Source of the DNA: Gammaproteobacteria bacterium
GTDB taxonomy: Bacteria; Pseudomonadota; Gammaproteobacteria; Arenicellales; JAANXG01
Assembly: GCA_024638505.1 (NCBI GenBank)
Contig: JAHEKE010000009.1
Location: 12,196-76,195, forward strand
DNA length: 64,000 nt
Direction of reading: 5' to 3'
The notes under the pieces are model-generated. The model saw only the letters and a list, made by a program, of their open reading frames with translations. It ran no database searches and was not told where the DNA came from. Every line of letters begins with the position of its first letter. The first letter of the stretch is position 1. Of this stretch, positions 58,961 through 64,000 are shown piece after piece. The position numbers were made by a program, and so were the translations under genes.

Positions 58961-59674
58961 ATGCAACGTGGTGAACATCTCTATGCAGGTAAAGCCAAAT
59001 CTGTTTATCTGACAGACGTACCTAACCTGTTGATCATGCACTTTCGAAACGATACCTCGGCCTTCGATGGGGAAAAAGTAGCTCAGCTCGAACGAAAGGG
59101 CATGGTCAACAATAAGTTCAATGCGTTCATCATGCAGAAGCTTGAAGAACAGGGGATTAAAACTCACTTTGAGAAACTGCTGACTGAGGACGAGTCGGTT
59201 GTTAAAAGGTTGGAAATGATACCGGTTGAGTGCGTAGTTAGAAACATCGCTACCGGTTCATTATGTAAACGACTAGGGATCACAGACGGTATAGATTTGA
59301 ACCCACCAGTATTCGAGTTTTTTTTAAAAGACGACGCCCGCCACGATCCCATGGTCAATGAATACCATATCCGTTCATTTGGATGGGCCGAGGATCGTGA
59401 AATAGAATTCATGAAGACAACAACGTTTAAGGTAAACGACATTCTGCAAGGGCTGTTCATGCAGCATGGTATGTTGTTGGTGGACTTCAAACTGGAGTTT
59501 GGCCGTTACCAAGGAGAGCTTTTGCTGGGGGATGAATTTACTCCTGACGGGTGCAGAATCTGGGATGCAACAACGCGGGAGAAGCTGGACAAGGACCGGT
59601 TCCGGCGTAACTTAGGTGGAGTGGTGGAAGCATACGAAGAAGTCGCACACCGTATTGGTGTGCATCTTGACTGA
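58961..59674 (+). CDS. purC: Phosphoribosylaminoimidazole-succinocarboxamide synthase
   Basis: 237 aa with [19 protein letters not shown] and [10 protein letters not shown]. Confidence 0.93.
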   Translation: MQRGEHLYAGKAKSVYLTDVPNLLIMHFRNDTSAFDGEKVAQLERKGMVNNKFNAFIMQKLEEQGIKTHFEKLLTEDESVVKRLEMIPVECVVRNIATGSLCKRLGITDGIDLNPPVFEFFLKDDARHDPMVNEYHIRSFGWAEDREIEFMKTTTFKVNDILQGLFMQHGMLLVDFKLEFGRYQGELLLGDEFTPDGCRIWDATTREKLDKDRFRRNLGGVVEAYEEVAHRIGVHLD

Positions 59675-59696
59675 TTAATCCGCTTATAGCTGGTAA

Positions 59697-62600
59697 ATGC
59701 TGCAGCTACGCGGCAACATCGCCCGCTCCGCCTCCCGCCTGCGGCGGATTCTAGCTGAACTGCACCCCGCGCTGCCGCAGGTCCGCGCGATGACCGCTGA
59801 GTATTGGCACTTCATTGATCTGGCAGATACGCTCGATCCCGCTCAGGACCTGGCTCTCAAACGTTTGCTGCACTACGGACCCAATACACCGCCGAATACA
59901 AGTGAGGGGCAGCCGTTCATCGTTGTCCCGAGATTGGGCACTGTTTCTCCGTGGTCCACCAAGGCGACCGATATCGCTCATCGCTGCGGGCTGGCACAGA
60001 TAAAGCGTATAGAGCGAGGGCTCGCCTGGTACGTTGATACGGAACAGGACGAGCTGAATCAAGCCGAGTGTACGCAGATATGCAAACATATTCACGACCC
60101 CATGACAGAGTCGGTTCTATTGGAATTTTCACAAACAGAGAGGCTGTTTCAAACTTTTACACCGCAACCTCTGACCCATGTGGATGTCTTGCATGAAGGT
60201 AAGGCAGCCTTGGTTACGGCGAATCAGACGTGGGGTTTGGCCTTATCGAACGAAGAGATCGAATACCTGTTTCGTCAGTTTTGGAGTATGAATCGGAACC
60301 CGACTGATGTTGAGCTGATGATGTTCGCGCAAATCAACTCAGAGCACTGCCGGCATAAGATTTTCAACGCGCAATGGGTGATTGATGACGAGCCCCTGGC
60401 CGAAACGCTGTTTGCGATGATTCGTTCAACACATGAGCTGAATCAAGCGGGTACGCTTGTTGCTTACAGTGACAACGCTGCGGTGCTGGAAGGGTCGACC
60501 GCGGATCGTCTGTGCATCAACCCGCTAAGCAGGGAGTACGAATTCTGCGCAGAACCTGCACATATTGTGTGTAAAGTCGAAACACACAACCATCCAACCG
60601 GGATCTCGCCATTTCCCGGCGCGGCGACTGGATCGGGGGGTGAAATAAGAGATGAGGGGGCGACGGGCAGAGGTGCCAAACCCAAGGCGGGGCTGACGGG
60701 ATTCGCCGTGTCCAATCTGCGTCTGCCCGGCGCTGTTCAGCCGTGGGAGGGCCCTGAACTTCGGCCGGATCGAATTGCTACGCCGCTGCAGATTATATTG
60801 CAGGGCCCTGTGGGAGGGGCTTCTTTCAACAATGAATTCGGTCGCCCCAACGTTGCCGGATATTTTAGAACTTATGAACAGACAATAAAGCGCGCTGGCG
60901 ATACACCTGAGATCCGCGGATATCATAAGCCGATCATGCTGGCGGGCGGTCTTGGCAATATCCGGTCTAAGCACGTGCATAAGCAGCCTATTCCAGCCTC
61001 GGCCTGCATTCTCGTCCTGGGAGGGCCGGCTATGATGATCGGCCTCGGCGGAGGGGCGGCTTCCAGCGTGGCCGCCGGGGTGGGTGATGAAACTCTAGAC
61101 TTCAGCTCCGTGCAGCGCGGGAACGCCGAGATGCAGCGACGATGCCAAGAGGTTGTAGATCGCTGTGCAGAGCTGGGGGAGGACAATCCAATCCTGTCGA
61201 TTCATGACATTGGAGCTGGCGGTCTGTCCAATGCTTTACCTGAGTTAGTACACGCTTCCGGTAAAGGTGCGCATCTTCAGCTGCGAGATATCCTAAATGA
61301 TGACCCCGGCATGACGCCGATGCAGATTTGGTGTAACGAAGCACAAGAGCGTTACGCTATCGCTGTCGCGGCGGACCGGCTGCATGCAATGATTGACATA
61401 TGTCGCCGTGAGCGCTGCCTCTACTGCGTCATCGGGCATGCAACAGACGATGGTCTGCTGCTTGTCAAAGACAGGTATTTCGATAGCAGCAAAACCTTAA
61501 CCACACCAATTCGAATGCCGATGTCGACTTTGTTCGGTAATACGCCGACCATGACACGTCGTGCAACCAGGCATACAGTAGACTTTAGCGAGACTGGTTT
61601 TTCTCAAGTCGACTTAACGGAAGCACTCGATCGTGTTTTGCACCTACCTACAGTTGCAGACAAAACTTTTCTCATTACCATCGGCGACCGTAGCGTAGGG
61701 GGGTTGGTATGCCGTGATCAAATGGTCGGGCCGTGGCAGGTGCCGGTGGCCGATGTGGCGGTGACGGCGAGCGGGTTTAAGGCCTACACGGGTGAAGCGA
61801 TGGCCATCGGCGAACGCGCCCCCTTGGCCGTCATCAACCCTCCAACCAGTGGACGCATGGCGGTGGCGGAGGCTTTACTGAACATCGCGGCGGCAGATGT
61901 GGCCGGTATAAACAAGGTGAAGCTCTCCGCCAACTGGATGGCGGCGGCGGGTTACAAGGGCGAGGACGCGGCGCTGTTCGATACGGTCCGTTCCGTTACT
62001 CAGGAGCTGTGTCCTCAACTCGGAATCTCTATCCCAGTTGGTAAAGATTCAATGTCCATGCGTACCGTCTGGCAAAACAACTCGGCAGAACATGAGGTTG
62101 TCGCTCCGTTGTCACTCATCATTAGCGCCTTTGCGCCAGTGAACGACGTGCGCAAGACTATGACTCCTCAGCTTGTGCCGAATGTGACCCATGAGCTGTG
62201 GTTGATTGATCTGGGTGAAGGTCGCAGCCGACTTGGAGGTTCGGCCTTAGCGCAGGTATTTGAGCAGGTAGGTGGCATGCCCGCGGATGTGGTCGATTCG
62301 AGTCTGTTGAAGAACGCTTTTATGGCTATCCAGCTTATGATCAAGAACGAGTGGATAACGGCCTACCACGATAGATCGGATGGTGGTCTGATAGTCACCC
62401 TGCTGGAGATGGCCTTCGCCGGCAGGGTTGGACTGGATATTAATCTGTCGACGTTGCCTAACCCAGATGCCTTGCCCGCATTGTTCAGTGAGGAGCTTGG
62501 AGCCGTGATTCAAATCGTCCCACAATGCCGTGCACAAATTGTTGCGGCGCTGCGAGCACATGGCTTAGACAAGATCACCTGTCCAATTGCAACAGTGCGC

Positions 62601-63599
62601 CCAGATGAGTCTATCCGCATCGTCAATCAGGGTGACGTTCTATTGAACGCAGAGCGATCGAGTTTGCATCGGGCGTGGTCGGAGACAACCTGGCGGCTGC
62701 AGGCGCTGCGCGACAATGAGCAGTGTGCCGATGAGGAATACGATAGGCTGCTGGATACGCAAGACGGGGGGCTGCACGTCTCTCTCAGCTTTGACCACGC
62801 AAACATTGCCGCCCCTGCTACCGTGACGACGCTGCCGAGGATCGCCGTGCTGCGCGAACAGGGAGTAAATGGGCAGAACGAAATGGCGGCAGCGTTCGAT
62901 CGAGCGGGATTCAAGGCGGTGGACGTGCATATGCACGATTTGGCCCACAATGCTGCTGCTCTTTCTGACTTTCAGGGTCTGGCGGTGTGCGGCGGTTTTT
63001 CTTTTGGTGATGTGCTTGGCGCCGGAGGTGGGTGGGCGAAATCGATCCTGTTCCACGACAGGATGCGTGAACATTTTGCTAATTTTTTTGCGCGTAAGGA
63101 AACCTTCACGCTGGGCGTGTGTAATGGTTGTCAGATGCTGGCCGAATTGAAGGAACTCATACCCGGTGCAGAATACTGGCCCCGGTTCGTGCGTAACCGC
63201 TCGGAGCAATTTGAAGCTCGTTACGTAATGGTCGAAGTTCCTCCCAGCCAGTCGGTTCTGTTATCCGATATGCAGGGATCCCGATTGCCGGTTGTGGTGT
63301 CCCATGGTGAAGGTCGAGTGGAAATGGAGAGTGAAGCCCAGCTAGAAAAGCTTGAAAAAATGGTGGCGCTGAAGTTTGTCGATAACCGCGGCAAGGTAAC
63401 CCAGACCTACCCATATAATCCTAATGGATCTCCGCAGGGCATAACCGGGCTGACCAATAGCGATGGCCGCATCACCATTATGATGCCACATCCGGAGCGG
63501 GTGTTTCGCACCGTGCAATGCTCCTGGGCACCGGATTACTGGCGCGAAGACGGAGGGTGGATGCAGCTGTTCAGGACGGCTCGGGCCTTCGTTGCCTGA
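59697..63599 (+). CDS. purL: Phosphoribosylformylglycinamidine synthase (large single-chain type)
   Basis: 1300 aa with QINSEHCRHKIF and VETHNHPTGISPFPGAATGSGGEIRD. The C-terminal glutaminase domain carries GVCNGCQML and MMPHPER. Confidence 0.94.
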   Translation: MLQLRGNIARSASRLRRILAELHPALPQVRAMTAEYWHFIDLADTLDPAQDLALKRLLHYGPNTPPNTSEGQPFIVVPRLGTVSPWSTKATDIAHRCGLAQIKRIERGLAWYVDTEQDELNQAECTQICKHIHDPMTESVLLEFSQTERLFQTFTPQPLTHVDVLHEGKAALVTANQTWGLALSNEEIEYLFRQFWSMNRNPTDVELMMFAQINSEHCRHKIFNAQWVIDDEPLAETLFAMIRSTHELNQAGTLVAYSDNAAVLEGSTADRLCINPLSREYEFCAEPAHIVCKVETHNHPTGISPFPGAATGSGGEIRDEGATGRGAKPKAGLTGFAVSNLRLPGAVQPWEGPELRPDRIATPLQIILQGPVGGASFNNEFGRPNVAGYFRTYEQTIKRAGDTPEIRGYHKPIMLAGGLGNIRSKHVHKQPIPASACILVLGGPAMMIGLGGGAASSVAAGVGDETLDFSSVQRGNAEMQRRCQEVVDRCAELGEDNPILSIHDIGAGGLSNALPELVHASGKGAHLQLRDILNDDPGMTPMQIWCNEAQERYAIAVAADRLHAMIDICRRERCLYCVIGHATDDGLLLVKDRYFDSSKTLTTPIRMPMSTLFGNTPTMTRRATRHTVDFSETGFSQVDLTEALDRVLHLPTVADKTFLITIGDRSVGGLVCRDQMVGPWQVPVADVAVTASGFKAYTGEAMAIGERAPLAVINPPTSGRMAVAEALLNIAAADVAGINKVKLSANWMAAAGYKGEDAALFDTVRSVTQELCPQLGISIPVGKDSMSMRTVWQNNSAEHEVVAPLSLIISAFAPVNDVRKTMTPQLVPNVTHELWLIDLGEGRSRLGGSALAQVFEQVGGMPADVVDSSLLKNAFMAIQLMIKNEWITAYHDRSDGGLIVTLLEMAFAGRVGLDINLSTLPNPDALPALFSEELGAVIQIVPQCRAQIVAALRAHGLDKITCPIATVRPDESIRIVNQGDVLLNAERSSLHRAWSETTWRLQALRDNEQCADEEYDRLLDTQDGGLHVSLSFDHANIAAPATVTTLPRIAVLREQGVNGQNEMAAAFDRAGFKAVDVHMHDLAHNAAALSDFQGLAVCGGFSFGDVLGAGGGWAKSILFHDRMREHFANFFARKETFTLGVCNGCQMLAELKELIPGAEYWPRFVRNRSEQFEARYVMVEVPPSQSVLLSDMQGSRLPVVVSHGEGRVEMESEAQLEKLEKMVALKFVDNRGKVTQTYPYNPNGSPQGITGLTNSDGRITIMMPHPERVFRTVQCSWAPDYWREDGGWMQLFRTARAFVA

Positions 63600-63718
63600 A
63601 ACATATAGGCATTCTTTCTTTGAGGGCAGCGGACAGAACGAATAGACTAACGAAGGCGCCATTACAGCGAGCGCCGGTATTCGTTTCGGTCAGGGATTTT
63701 GTAGTATAGCGAGGTCTA

Positions 63719-64000
63719 ATGGCAGCAAGAAAAGTAAAATTTACCTGGACCAATTACCTAATTCGTTTGGTATTTGCACTTGTTTTGGTCTTTGCCACAT
63801 ACAACCCCTCGGATTGGTCTTATTACCATTGGGTAACTGCGCACAGCCGGTTCGACGTCTATGTTGCCTTGTGTGGTGTGGTGTTACTGATCGGTTGGGC
63901 AATCTTTTTACGTGCTACAGCCCGCTCTCTCGGCTTCATCGGCACTATTCTCGCTGTGTCTTTCTTTGCTCTGTTGATCTGGTTGATTATCGACTTATTC
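63719..64000 (+). CDS. Small integral membrane protein, N-terminal part (runs off the window)
   Basis: The frame is open from ATG 63719 to the window end (94 codons). The translation is MAARKVKFTWTNYLIRLVFALVLVFATYNPSDWSYYHW..., with at least three hydrophobic helices. It resembles DUF6524-type proteins from memory only. Confidence 0.5.
   Translation, partial: MAARKVKFTWTNYLIRLVFALVLVFATYNPSDWSYYHWVTAHSRFDVYVALCGVVLLIGWAIFLRATARSLGFIGTILAVSFFALLIWLIIDLF

Noticed and set aside
62640-63209. 189-aa ORF on the minus strand
   Set aside because: It lies inside purL and antisense to it, and it has no motif.

Overview
This 64-kb segment looks like gammaproteobacterial chromosome, judged from gene content and from rpmBG-radC-coaBC-dut synteny. 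It is densely coding and moderately GC-rich by eye. I recognised no rRNA, tRNA, CRISPR array, IS element or prophage.

Gene content in order:
- parC 3' end, an aminotransferase, an orphan membrane protein, a solitary aceK, a metallophosphoesterase, a ClC channel and a phosphomannomutase.
- A co-directional TCA block on the minus strand, transcribed gltA-sucA-sucB-lpdA.
- dut, coaBC, radC, rpmB-rpmG, pdxH, a PmtA-like methyltransferase, panB, moaB and hemN.
- A complete Na+-NQR operon, nqrABCDEF-apbE-nqrM, followed by a CBS-pair protein and a tandem Usp.
- About 10 kb of uncharacterised envelope genes (32.9-42.7 kb).
- A DksA/TraR-like protein, a class II cytochrome c lipoprotein, a hemerythrin and an APH/P-loop kinase.
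- The complete System I cytochrome c maturation operon ccmABCDEFGHI.
- An oxidoreductase, an isopropylmalate/tartrate-DH-family enzyme, an HNH endonuclease, a fatty-acid desaturase, dapA, purC, purL and the start of a small membrane protein.

Three genes shorter than 60 aa are absent from the ORF track and were read directly from the sequence: rpmG, nqrM and ccmD.

Main candidate for something new: an apparent operon at 35.65-42.66 kb. It encodes a MotA/ExbB-type proton channel and two paralogous proteins with an ExbD/TolR-like TM helix, a coiled coil and a vWA domain. It also encodes an FHA-TM-PEGA-array protein with a cysteine-free FGE fold, a TPR protein and a small secreted protein. Three secreted or lipoprotein genes sit just upstream.

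Secondary observations:
- Five FNR/ANR-type boxes (TTGAT-N4-[A/G]TCAA) all lie in intergenic promoter regions, each with a TAnnnT hexamer 31-32 bp downstream.
- NqrB has its SGAT flavinylation motif replaced by NGSN.
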